64,000 nt of DNA, taken from contig NW_018406969.1 in NCBI RefSeq assembly GCF_002113885.1, positions 3,660 to 67,659 of the forward strand, read 5' to 3'. Shown one piece after another: positions 1 to 12,500 of the stretch. The number at the start of each line of letters is the position of its first letter. The stretch's first letter is position 1. Under the pieces are notes generated by a model. That model did no database searches. It saw nothing but the letters and a program-made list of their open reading frames with translations, and was not told the DNA's origin. The stretch is from Mizuhopecten yessoensis (Eukaryota). The translations under genes were made by a program, and so were the position numbers.

Positions 1-922
1 TCATCCCTTGTTCAATTTTATTGGCAGCAAATTTATGTTTAAAGCTAAATACATTTAAATTCTGAATATTGGCAAGTGTGCAATTAACTTCTGTTGATGA
101 ATAATTACTGTTCAATAAGTTTGAATACGGACTTAGAAATCATATTACTTGGTTTCATCACGGACTAATCTAATTCCGTGGTTTCATAGTGCGGTAAGAA
201 GTTGCAGTTGCCTGACGGGCCGGCCCCTCTCTGGGGGCCCCTTTGGAAACCGTTTCATCTCGCTCTTACTGCCTTGTCAGGTGACGTTATCGGCGCTATT
301 TTTAGCAGGGCTTTCCCGAACAATTCAAGTGGTCAAACTGGACATTTAGAACGGACTATGAATATGGGGATAGCGAGGTAACATAAGTGGAAGTGCATAC
401 AATACATACATTTATTAAAAAAAATATGGCTCTTCACGTGATGTCCCTTTAAATTGAGATGACCTTTTTTTCGTGTAGCGATTCTAGTTAAATTTTAAAA
501 ACTGCAGCCCGGTTGTGTTATAAGACGTTCGGGCAAGTAATTATATGTTGTGGTACCGTACATTTTTTACATGGTATTATCAGAGACGTATATATATACA
601 TCTCTGGTATTATTAAATTGTTGGTGAATGCATTGATATCCTCTAGGGTACGTAATAAACGAGGTTCTGCCCCAAGGTCCCTGCCATACCGTCAGCCTAT
701 CATATATGTCGCTAGTCCCTATCTCAATTTAAATTAAATACCCACTCGACGGGTATGTATATCTGTCAGTACAGTACGACCTCGGCCTAATTTAAATATA
801 CACAAGTAACTTAAAATAGAATCTGTTCTCATAAACCCGGAAGGTGAATGTATTCGGAAATTTCCAGAAGTGTCGCCGCCATATTGACAACCCTGAGATA
901 GGTGTACAAAGAGCTGGACGAG

Positions 923-2419
923 ATGGCGGCCCAGACACCAGTGCCTGGCTGTACACGACATCAAGGGATGGGGTTTGTTTATGTCTGTAAATCGTGCGAA
1001 GACCAGTTACTTTGTATGGAGTGTGTTACAGACAGTCACAACGGCCACACGCTGGGTAAACTTACTGATTACGTGGCGGGTCAGAAACGGGAAATACAGC
1101 AGTATGCCGACAAGCTCTCCAAAACCGATATTCCCAAAACCGAGGGAGATATTAAGGAAAGTGGACAGCATGCCAAGAATGGACGATATCAGAAAATGAT
1201 TGAGGGAATCAGACGTCAGGGAAAACAGATGAAAGATGACATCGATAACGCCATTGACATACTAGTGAAAATGTGTACCGAGTTAGAGAAGCGCAATGCA
1301 GATATTTCTGAGAAAAACAAAATTGCATTTACTAAGTATCTGAGGGAGGACTTGAAACCAAAGCTGGACAGGTGCAAAGAAGTACTGACATCCGGTACAA
1401 CTGTTGACGTCACTACATTAGCGCGGGAAATTAGAAACGGTGTAGCCACTATCCCACGAAATCTCAGCGATTTGCAGAAAGTTGAATTCAAACCCGGGAC
1501 AATCTCCACCGAACTCTTAGAACGCATGCTTGGTAAGTTACTAGTCGATGGAGTAGATGCGTCGTACAAACCGATTCCTAAATGTGTGGCTTTGTACAAG
1601 TTTAAGGCGCCGTTTATATACAATACATGTCAAACATGTCTTACTGGTGACGAGGAATGGTTATCGTACTGGGACAGTGAACCCATATATCGAGTAGATT
1701 TGAAAGGCAAAGTCAATGAGAAGATAGAGTGTCAGGACAAAGTCTCATCGATCTCCGTATCTCCGACCACGGGGAGGGTGTGGTTGTGTGTGGAGAGTGA
1801 CCGAAGTATCCGGGAAATCACGACGGGTGGTGACAGTGTTACACGCTTTAATGTAGACAACAAACCAGGTTCTTTGTGTATCACTAGTGACGACATGGTA
1901 GTGGTGGGGATGTTGGGAGGAATACAACTGTACACTACAGACGGACGGGCGGTGTCGGCAGGAGTGGGTGGTCCCTGTAGACAGGTGGCAGTAACTCCTC
2001 ATCACATGAGGTCATGTACACTGACCGGGGATGTAGCTGCTGTTGATGGTGATGGTGTATCGTTTGATGACTACGTGGCTGGTAAGGAACCAGGCAAGCA
2101 ACCGCGCGTCATCGTAATGGATAAACACCTAAACCTGAAGTTTTACTGTAAAGACATTGGTACGAGGAAAACACACGGAAGTGACATTCAATCATCAAAG
2201 TTTTACCCGTTCGATGTTTGTTTTGATGGAGCTGGTGATGTCCTTGTAACGGAATGGGTCACCAAGTCAGTACTACTGATTGACAGGAATACTGGGCACT
2301 ATATGAGGACTGTTTATACATCTGATGGAGCTACACCTATGTGTATCGGTCTACATCATGACCGCACCCTCTGGGTCGGACACAGAAATAGAACAACAAA
2401 GGTCATCCAATATAAATAG
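923..2419 (+). CDS. Intronless RING-less TRIM-like protein (B-box, coiled coil, C-terminal NHL/beta-propeller-like region), 498 aa
   Basis: The only long ORF; first ATG at 923 (the track start at 902 is GTG). B-box2-type pattern CTRH..CKSC..LCMEC..HNGH, then a helical region, ...VEFKPG linker, and NHL-like motifs (FYPFDVCFDGAGDVLVTEW, PMCIGLHHDRTLWVG). Confidence 0.85.
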   Translation: MAAQTPVPGCTRHQGMGFVYVCKSCEDQLLCMECVTDSHNGHTLGKLTDYVAGQKREIQQYADKLSKTDIPKTEGDIKESGQHAKNGRYQKMIEGIRRQGKQMKDDIDNAIDILVKMCTELEKRNADISEKNKIAFTKYLREDLKPKLDRCKEVLTSGTTVDVTTLAREIRNGVATIPRNLSDLQKVEFKPGTISTELLERMLGKLLVDGVDASYKPIPKCVALYKFKAPFIYNTCQTCLTGDEEWLSYWDSEPIYRVDLKGKVNEKIECQDKVSSISVSPTTGRVWLCVESDRSIREITTGGDSVTRFNVDNKPGSLCITSDDMVVVGMLGGIQLYTTDGRAVSAGVGGPCRQVAVTPHHMRSCTLTGDVAAVDGDGVSFDDYVAGKEPGKQPRVIVMDKHLNLKFYCKDIGTRKTHGSDIQSSKFYPFDVCFDGAGDVLVTEWVTKSVLLIDRNTGHYMRTVYTSDGATPMCIGLHHDRTLWVGHRNRTTKVIQYK

Positions 2420-3544
2420 ACGTGTGAGGACAAATATATCCCTACATATAGATAAACTCATTTCATTTCCTTACGTTACCATAGTAACAATAAACATTGA
2501 TGTTCCTCAGCCACCGCCATCGTCAGAAAAGTGATTACCTCCGTAGTCATACAGAAAACATGGTCAGGATTAGGATCATAAAGTGTTTTGTGACATCTGT
2601 AACATGTCTAATAGAACACAGTGATTTGTGTATAATGTGACTATGGAGTGTTACGAGGATATTCGAAAATAAAATTATCTGGACAAACGGGAAGTTTATT
2701 TTAACTCTCTCCTCCGTCACAAGGGATATGCATTGTCTTGAAAAGGGACCTGGCGCTTACAAACTTTTTGATAAACCGGAAGTTAACTTTGATACTCTCT
2801 TCTATACAAAGCCATTAATTACCGTTCTATTGAAAAAGAAAAAGAACCTGGTGATTAGAATTAACTTTTTTTTATTTGTGATATGTTTAATGATGATGCT
2901 AATTCTTTTATGCCAAAGAAATGAACAAATGTATGAGTGGAAAAAATTACCAAAATGGGAAAAATATTCAGGCTCTCGGTTCATCAAAGATCCTGTCAAT
3001 ATTTGATGTTAATTTTGTTATATCATGTTCAAGTTCCTTATCAAAAAGCTATTTAACATGACTTTGAAATAATGACTCTGGAGATAGATATTTTATCTGA
3101 TATGAGTTTTAAAGCTTTGATTACATATAAACTGTTGTGATTCAAAATCAAGTTCAAATCTACAGAATGTTACAATGATGATGTGAAAATTGTAATTTTG
3201 GTTATCAGCACGTTCCACCAAATCTGATTTTACTTGACACAGGTATTACTGATGTCAGTCTCTGAGACAACTGAACGGTCAAACGGTCAAGATCATTGAT
3301 GTGTGAACTATATATTGTCCTTTCTTATATTTCTGTAAAATATAATATGCTCCTACCAAAAAATGTAAACATGTACATCCCTTTTACGTGCTATATATTT
3401 TACCTATTATCATGCCATTTGCTCTTTGTGAGTTGCTTTGAAATAAACAAGTAATTTTACTGTGCGTCGGAAATTTATTTGTACTTATACAGACATTATG
3501 TTGATATTCCTATTTAAGATATAATATGCAGGTACATGTTGTAC

Positions 3545-4480
3545 TAGGTCAAAGGTGACTATTTCACCTGGAGTAACCAGATTAGGTGTGCAGGACATCT
3601 TTGGATGACGGAGTGCAAGAAGAAAGTCACAATGACCTCAAGGCGACCTATGCTTTGACCTTTGATCTTAACCTTTGAAAAAAAAGTTTTCACTCCGGGG
3701 CATATCTTCTATACTACTTTACCTGGAGTAACCAGATTTGGTGAAGAATGACATCTTGGGATGGTGGAGTGCAAAGTGCAAGAATTAGGTCACTCTGACC
3801 TATGACTTGACCTTTGACCTTTACTTTTGAAAATGTTTGTCCGGGGGATATCTTCTAGACTATTTCACCTGGAGTAATCAGATTAGGTGTGCAGGACATC
3901 TTTGGATGACGGAGTGCAAGAAGAAAGTCACAATGACCTCAAGGCGACCTATGCTTTGACCTTTGATCTTAACCTTTGAAAAAAAAGGTTTTAACTCCGG
4001 GGCATATCTTCTATACTACTTTACCTGGAGTAACCAGATTTGGTGAAGAATGACATCTTGGGATGGTGGAGTGCAAAGTGCAAGAATTAGGTCACTCTGA
4101 CCTATGACTTGACCTTTGACCTTTACTTTTGAAAAAGTTTGTCCGGGGCATATCTTTGATACTGTTTCACCTGGAGTAACAAGATTTCGTGTACAAGGAC
4201 ATCTTGGGATGACGGAGTACAGAGTACAAAAAGAAGTTCTCTGTGACTTATGACTTGACCTTTAACCTTAACTTTTGAAAAAAGGTTGTCCAGGACATAC
4301 CTTCTGTTTAGTGTACAAGGACATCTTGAGATGGCGTAGTGCAGAGTGCAAGAATTAGGTCATTGTGACCTATGGCTTGACCTTTGACCTTTACTTTTGA
4401 AAAAGTTTGTCCTGGCATATCTTCTGTACTATTTCACCTTGAGTATCAAGATTTGGTGTACAAGGACATCTTTGGATGAT
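3545..4480. repeat. ~150-bp tandem satellite (TGACCTTTGACC family) with alternating 155/146-bp units
   Basis: CCTGGAGTAA recurs at 3567, 3722, 3868, 4024, 4170. Confidence 0.85.
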
Positions 4481-5287
4481 GTGTTAAATAAAGAAAGCAT
4501 TACCGGTGGGGCATTATGTATTACCTTGTTTATTATTGTCTTCTTAACGGTATTTGTTTACACTGTATTCTGTAATTAAATCATATCATTATCAATAAAG
4601 CAATTATCTGGTGTTTTGTTTCTTTTACAATTTGACAATTATTTTGGTAATGTTGTCAATTGGGAAGAAATAAACAGTTCTTGATTACACAGACGAAATA
4701 TCCAAATCAACAAAATTTACTTGTACATATAAAATTTGAATTAATTACAATCAATAATTGGAAAGTATTTGCATGTTTTACATATTTGTTTTATTTATCC
4801 TATTTTGTCGAGATAGAAGGCCTCCTTCAACAGGCAATACGATATATTTCATAAGAGTTAATTGGAATACATTGTCCAAATAAGAGGCGATTTTGTTGTC
4901 ATAATGAATATCTTAGTCGGAATCCCTTGTTTTTTGCATAAGTAAATTTCCACCAGTACTACTGACCTTGGCCCTTAAGCGTATAAGGACGAACAAATGT
5001 ATCCTGGTTGTAAAAATATATCAACGTTTTAAAACCGGGATTCGAACACTGGACCTCTGATCACAATACGATCGAGTGGTACGTTTCCTGGACCAGTCCG
5101 ACTACCAAAACGAAATTAAGGGGAGGTTACTATGTGTGGGATTGAGACAAAAATCAAAATTGAAAACACTACACTTCCATAACATCAAATATCCTCATGG
5201 TGACCACTACATGTTTGAAGTACGAAAGGGTTGATGTTGGCAATGCTGTTTTCTTTAACCGTTAAAAGTCTCCTCACTTATGACAAG

Positions 5288-5416
5288 TGTAACAGGAGAG
5301 GAAAAATGCACGACCAGACTGGGGTTCGAACCCGGGACTCTATGAATGCTAGACGGACGTTCTAACCAATTGCGCTACCTGGTCGCCGACGATCGACTCA
5401 GTCCAGGTCCGCTACA
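5288..5416 (-). mobile_element. Solo LTR containing a tRNA-like cloverleaf (TRIM/Helenus-like)
   Basis: Minus strand reads TGTAGCGGACCTGGACTG...GACCAGGTAGCGCAATTGGTTAGAAC...GGGTTCGAACCCCAGTCTGGTC...CTGTTACA. It is homologous to the LTRs at 32373-32750 and 34782-35151. Confidence 0.65.
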
Positions 5417-5774
5417 TGTATGGAGTACAGATGTTTCCTAATTCCTGAAGCTTTAAGGATACCTGTCCCGCTGCCCTGTAGATTTAACCAGGTTGACCAG
5501 GTAGCTTAGCTGGTTAGAGCAACAGTAGAACAATTGTAGGTCTGGGGTTCGAATTCTGGTCTAGCCCGGTGAGTTTTGCTGTAAAACATGTTTGTTAATA
5601 GTATTCTGTTTATATCAAACACTATTTTTTCAGAAGATCCCGCAAGGTTTGGGTTTCTATTCAGAAATGATTTATCAAAACCATAGTCATGCAGGCAAAA
5701 ACAGTTTCCAATGAGTAGTTACATATTTTGGCCATGGTGAGGGGATCCTGAAATAAACACATCAGACTACAGGT

Positions 5775-5860
5775 CACCTTCGCTAGCCAAGTGTTCGCTT
5801 CGTATACACTCCTCTTACAAAATGTGTGTATACGAAGCGAGCACTAGGCTAGCGAAGATG
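5775..5860. mobile_element. 86-bp fold-back MITE with 9-bp TSD (ACTACAGGT)
   Basis: CACCTTCGCTAGCCAAGTGTTCGCTTCGTATACAC ... GTGTATACGAAGCGAGCACTAGGCTAGCGAAGATG; the flanking 9-mers are identical. Confidence 0.75.
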
Positions 5861-7960
5861 ACTACAGGTATACATTGGGATCATTTTAATCAAGAGAATG
5901 TACCACAACGAAGGAAAAATGTGCGATCAGTTACTAGTTTTACCAGTCAAGACGTGGTAATTAAAATTCCAATTAATTAAATCACTACTCCACTTTTGTT
6001 CCCTTTGTGTAACACTACAGTGCGGGGCTTATATTCCGTGATGTTACGAAAATCAGTAGGACATGAATCGGTGAACTGATAAACGATGAAATAAATCAGG
6101 TCAATATTCGTTTTCAGGTTTTTCAAAATCATGTCAAAGATATTCTTTAACGACGAAATTTGTCAGACTGACTTGTACCTGCAGAAATCTTTAAATATTT
6201 CGCAAGTTAGAAATAGTGTTACAGGTCGGGAAGTTGTAAAGTATATACAAAACGATACAACTTATAATATTTAACTGGACGATGCTGTAAAAAACAAAGC
6301 GATTTCCATGTTAATAATGAATTACTCAGTCGCCTTTCCTTATTCTATGCATAAGTACATTTATATTAGTTACAGTAATCTTGACCCTAATTTGAATGTA
6401 TTTAATACCCGTGTGAATTGTCGCCAAAGCCTGACTAAAATATGACCATTACAGCGATAATTAACGTATTTGGCTGACATCATTTAAAGTGCGTGTGAGC
6501 TTATTGGAATGGTGCAGTGTCCGGCGTCCGTCTGTCCACCAACTTGTTTCCTTTGAAGAACGTTTTCTTTAAAGGATAGTATATGTAGAGTCAGGGCAAA
6601 TCTTGACATGATCCGGTCACTGTGCACAGAGGTATAGAATATGTGTGTGTGCACTGTTCGTCCACATACTAATTATCTATGGCAGTTTGAAGCTTTGATT
6701 CTAGTCAACAGGCAAATGAGTCACAAACATCACATTAGTAGATAAATCGCCAAACAATTGGTCTATGTATATCATTTACCGTCACTTCGGAATCAAACCT
6801 TTCCACAAATACGTAGCAGTCGCACGCAGAGACTGCCTTATGTAACATTAGGTTTCATGATGTTTATAAAACATAGCTGGGAACACTATCTTTATTATTT
6901 TGTAGCTTGTTTACATATCTGTGCAGTCTAGTTGTAACGTCCCTCGAGTGCATTTTGAATGTGTGGTGTACACGTTTCCGTCACAGTTCATGAACCACAG
7001 GTAGACGCACACACGAGTAACAGGATATGTTACCTGTTTGTTAGTCGTGTGGAGGCCGGCCACTGACAATCGATATGTATGTGTATAGACAGGCTATTTA
7101 ATGCTTTGGGTCCTTGAAATATTTCTGTATTGTTTATCAGTTTACGGACTGGAATATGACATGCAAATTTTGGACGTTAAGGTTATTTCATACAGGCTCA
7201 TGTCAGTGTATATAGTATGAGATTGGCTCATAATCTTTCCTCAAAATGATAAAAATATGGAAGGTGGTTGGTATACCCATGTCAAGAACAATGTCAATTT
7301 GCAGAAATTATTTGATGAAAATATTGTTGACTTTGTCTGAAAAGTAACGTTTGAATGCAGAATTTTAGTGGCACAAAATTGCAATGAATAATGAAATTAA
7401 TGAAAAAACTTACCTGAAATACATTTTTTGTGTATGTTTTGTTTATTTTAAAGGAAAAAAACATATGATAAAAAGTGTATGATATTTCATTATTTTACTT
7501 ATATTCATAAAAATGGTAACAAAAACAATGATGTATATATGTATAAACAAAACAGTAACAATTATACGTAAAAAGTCAACATTTAGAAATTCCCAAATTC
7601 CTACAAAATGATATGGTTATTAAAATTTGGATGGGGCTTTGTAAATCAATCTTTAAATTATTTTCCATGAAAACGCAGTTATTCCATGCCAACAATTCGT
7701 TTGTTTACATTAAAAGTAGACAGCATTAAGCGGAAGCGGCAAAATCCGGAAATTTGGGAGGGGATGTGATATCACTTTTCTAGGGGGNNNNNNNNNNNNN
7801 NNNNNNNNNNNNNNNNNNNNNNNNNNNNNNNNNNNNNNNNNNNNNNNNNNNNNNNNNNNNNNNNNNNNNNNNNNNNNNNNNNNNNNNNNNNNNNNNNNNN
7901 NNNNNNNNNNNNNNNNNNNNNNNNNNNNNNNNNNNNNNNNNTCCCCCCCCCCCCCAATCT

Positions 7961-8640
7961 GTGATATGTTTAATGATGATGCTAATTCTTTTATAACAAA
8001 GAAATGAACAATTATATGAGTTGCAAAATTTACTAAAATGGGGAAAATCTTGACTTATTTATTAAACTAAACCTAATTTTCTTGAGTAGTATATTAGTTT
8101 TTGACACTTTTGAGCTTTGACTTAAGACTAGGACGTTTTTTTCATGATTTTTAGCCTAATCCTGATAAACGTATCTGGTGATATATGTTTTATCTGATAT
8201 GAGTTTTAAAGCTTTGATTACATATAAACTGTTGTGATTCAAAATCAAGTTCAAATCTACAGAATGTTACCATGATGATGTGAAAATTGTAATTTTGGTT
8301 AATCAGAACGTTCCACCAAATCTGATTTTACTTGACACAGGTATTGTTGATGTCAGTCTCTGAGACAACTTCACGGTGAAGGTCATTGATGTGTTTACTA
8401 TATATTGTCCAGTCTTATATTTCTGTAAAATATAATATGCTCCTAACAAAAGATGTAAATATGTACATCCCTTTTACGTGCTATATATTGTACCTATTAT
8501 CATGCCATTTGCTCTTTGTGAGTTGCTTTGAAATATACAAGTAATTTTACTGTGCGTCGGAAATTCATTTGTACTGATACAGACATTATTTTGATATTCC
8601 TATGTATCAAGATATGATATGTAGGTACATGTTCTACTTT
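7961..8640 (+). repeat. Duplicate of 2878-3545
   Basis: Both begin GTGATATGTTTAATGATGATGCTAATTCTTTTAT and stay largely collinear up to the satellite. Confidence 0.85.
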
Positions 8641-8654
8641 TAAGGGGGGGGNGA

Positions 8655-9240
8655 CATGACCTTTGACCTTCACTTTGGAAAATGTTTGTCCAGGGCATAT
8701 CTTCTTCACTATTTCACCTGGAGTTACCAGATTTGGTGTACAAAGACATCTTGGAATGGCGGAGTGCACAGTGCAAGAAGAAGTTCACTGTGACCAATGA
8801 CTTGACCTTTGACCTTTACTTTAGAAAATGTTTCTCCGGGGCATATCTTCTATACTATTTCACCTGGAGTAACCAGATTCGATGTACAAGGACATTTAGG
8901 CATGGCAGAGTGCAAAGTGCTAGAATTAGGTCACTGTGACCTATGACTTGACCTTTGACCTTTACTTTTGAAAAAGTTTGTCCGGGGCATATCTTCGATA
9001 CTATTTCACTTGGAGTTACCAGATTTGGTGTACAAGGACATCTTGGGATGGCGGAGTACAGAGTGCAAGAAGAAGTTCACATTGACCTATGACTTGACCT
9101 TTAACCTTAACTTTGAAAAAGTTTGTCAAGGACATATCTTCTGTTTAGTGTAAGATGGCGTAGTGCAGAGTGCAAAAGATAGGTCACTGTGACCTATGAC
9201 TTGACCTTTGACCTTTTCTTTTGAAAAAGTTTGGCTTTGA
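8655..9240. repeat. Second array of the same ~150-bp satellite
   Basis: Same CACCTGGAGT..GACTTGACCTTTGACCTT units. Confidence 0.85.
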
Positions 9241-9548
9241 CTGGAACATAGACTTAGAGTAATCGGAAAGGAATCAAAGATCTGGTTTTAATCAGATTTG
9301 GTGGTAATTAAAATTCGAATCAAATACATGAATACTCTACTTTCATTATATAAAAACAAGAATTTTAGGCCCGCTTATGCTGTATTAAAAATTGTTTCCC
9401 TTTAAAAGCTATATATACTCACAGTTCTTCAATGAAAATTAAAAAAAAAAAAACGTGTTCCTGTGACCGGATATTCACGCCGTAGTACGATTTGGATATT
9501 AGCATTAAATATCTACTTCCGCTTTTTACTTTAACGAACTGGAAAAGC

Positions 9549-12500
9549 ATGTTGCGAAGTGCTGCATACAGAAGTCGTCCTCGTAAGTTACAGAGGGCGT
9601 CGGGGCGTGGCGGTGGGTCGGAGGGACGGGCATTAAAGCTACAAGAGATGGTTACTAACCTCATTCGATATGAAAGAATCGAATCGACTTTGCCAAGGTG
9701 TGATGAAGCCAGAGGATACACTGAACAGGTAAGATAAATGACGTTTCCGTACTTTTTGTAAAGTCTAAAGACCAAAAAGAGCACGTGAAGAAAAAATCGG
9801 TGACACACAGAATATAAAAAAATAACAAGGTTTTGTGTTAGAACGTTAGTCCAAGTGTCGTAAATCTTTTTTAACATACCGTATCGCTTTATGGTTCTAA
9901 ATCCGCTAAAACTGACCATAATCGCTCCAAAATTCTGATCGGTCACCTGTTTATGGTCAGCTATCAACTGCTATGGTCAGCTATCCACTGCTCTATAAAA
10001 TACGTGGATTTGTCACCGAAACCAGGTTGAAATGTAGAACCGATAGACTATCGTCGGTATCGATCAGGTACTGAAGCACCGACAAATCTGGTTATATAGT
10101 CCAATGTGACAACTTATACGTGTTGAGTTTAATTTTTAGAACCATATCAAGTCCATTATAGTCGCAATTTCCCCATGCTCGTTAAAAATTTGGTGGACAA
10201 ACAGGTTAGTCAGTAAAACGAAAGGTTTTTATCTATTAACTCAATTTCCAGTGACTTTAGTTGCAAATGGTACTAGCATTTTTTACCCTTTGTATCTGAA
10301 GGTTTAACACAGAAATATTAACAATTTCTGTAACAAAACACAAAATATTTCATACCCTCTCGGCACATAGAACAACTTTCACTGCGTGTTATCATTTCTA
10401 CTCAGAAGTATCTTTGAAAAGTACACATGTCCGGTGCGGATCTGCATCTTCTGGATGCTGTCATTACCATATCCGTTCGGGAAGACATTGGCGCTATATT
10501 GAATAGACACACAGGCTATACTTTTAAACTAGTAAGTGACACAAGATGACAGGGGAAATCAATTAAAAGTTTTAAGCAGACAATGATCTTTTATTTCACC
10601 AAGTCATGATCACCTGCTTGGTCAACAGTTTAATCGGCGTGCAAAAGATTAATAAAATCTAATACCTGTAACTGAGCGAGATTGGGTTATCTCAGTCGAG
10701 GGTAAGATTCTGTAGGCGTAAGCTGAGGTTGGGATGTTACAGAATCTTAGCCTGAGACTGAGATAACCCGATCTCGCACAGTTACAGGTAATAGATTTTT
10801 TTTTTCGCACCTTTTAGTTCGAAAAAAAAATTCAATTTTGCTAAAAAATACAAGTATCCCGCCTTGGGCCTCAAATGATAATGACTTCTTCACTACTTAA
10901 GCTACATTTGAATGCTTTCGCTTAAAAATGTAGTCCGTCCTTACATAGATTACAACGTATTTCACAGTGTAGATTATATTTTATCTACAACATCAAATAT
11001 CTAACAACATCAAAACTATACATATAACGACAAAACAGAACATTTATGATGCAAATTGTCAATTTCAAGCAGTTAACATGCAGATGAATACATCACAGTG
11101 TAAAAAATTCCGCGAAATGTCGCGTAAAGGTACAAGACAGATCGGACGAGATAGAAAAAAATAGCATGTGGTATGACGTGGGATATCTCTGTCTGAGGTT
11201 TGAGATAAATATTACCAGTAAGGAAAGGGGTTGCTTGTTGACATACGCCCAGTATATGTATAGCCGTATTTGGCTTTATAGACAAATCTGTCTATATTGC
11301 CAGATTTGCCGATGCTCCAGTCGATATAAATTTAAAGTGGATATTATAGACCTTAAGTTTTAGAAGTTTAAATATGCTTGTTAATTTGAGAGACCTTTTG
11401 ATAACTATTCTATCATTACAGCTTATAAGTCTTGCAGTTCAGAATGGCGATAAGGATCGACACACCATGGAAATGGCCGATTACTGGCTTACGGTAAGCT
11501 ACACATGCAATATTAAATGCTTGGAATCGGCTGGTAAACAATAATTATGAATACTGTACAGGTCAATGAAGATTGATTATTAAGCCCAATGTCATAAATG
11601 TGTGGACGGTCTGTCAGACGGTGGTCTGTTCGATATCAAAAGTCATTTTTCAACAGACAAACTTAATATACTTCATAGGAAAATTACCAACCCTGCTTAG
11701 ACCAGCTCTAATATACTGATCAGGAGTTATGCCCCTTTAATGAATTGCTGAAACAGTGTTCGCTTTATATACATGACTAATTTTCAATGGATTAACTTCA
11801 AATTTCATAGGAAGATTAATTATCATTAGAGCTTGGAGGTTTTTGATAGCTACCATTATCTGACTAATTTACAAAGTTATGCCCCTTTGTTCAAATGCTG
11901 AAATGGTGTCCGCTCAATATCATGAGAACTTTTTAACAGATTAACTTCAAACTTAATAGTGTGACATTTCCCCTATGGTTCATACCAGTCACACTGGAGA
12001 TTCCAGCGAGTATACCTAGTATTACCTACCTTAGCTGGAGTGTATCAAAATTTATTAGATGCAAATCTATGTACAGACCAGTTTATCTAACTCTGTAACA
12101 TTGTCTATGTCCGAGCAATCACTGCTTGCTAACCTTGAGTTATCCTGACCAATCGATGATCCCTATAACTCCCTATAGCAACTTAATGAGGTCTCGCACT
12201 GCCCATTTTGATTTAACAATATAGCCGACCCGAAGCAACGCGGTAGCTTGGCCCTGTAGCGTGAGCGATACTTTCGAATGAGCGATCGTAATGGTAACAG
12301 TCCTATTCAGACATACCCAATCATTGAAAGCTCACTCTCTAGTACTTATACACTTATCAAGGAATGTTCTGTCCTTGTGTAGCTTCTGACACAGGATGGT
12401 GGTTCACATGCGTTTTCGGGGTTTTGCCAGGTGATTATAGAGTCTGGTACGGGGACCCATTCCCAATTAAAAAAAAAACAACGGTGTTTCCCAATTTCAG

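Noticed and set aside
9419-9967. 182-aa minus-strand ORF
   Set aside because: Antisense to MRPL17 exon 1, non-ATG start, no recognisable motif.
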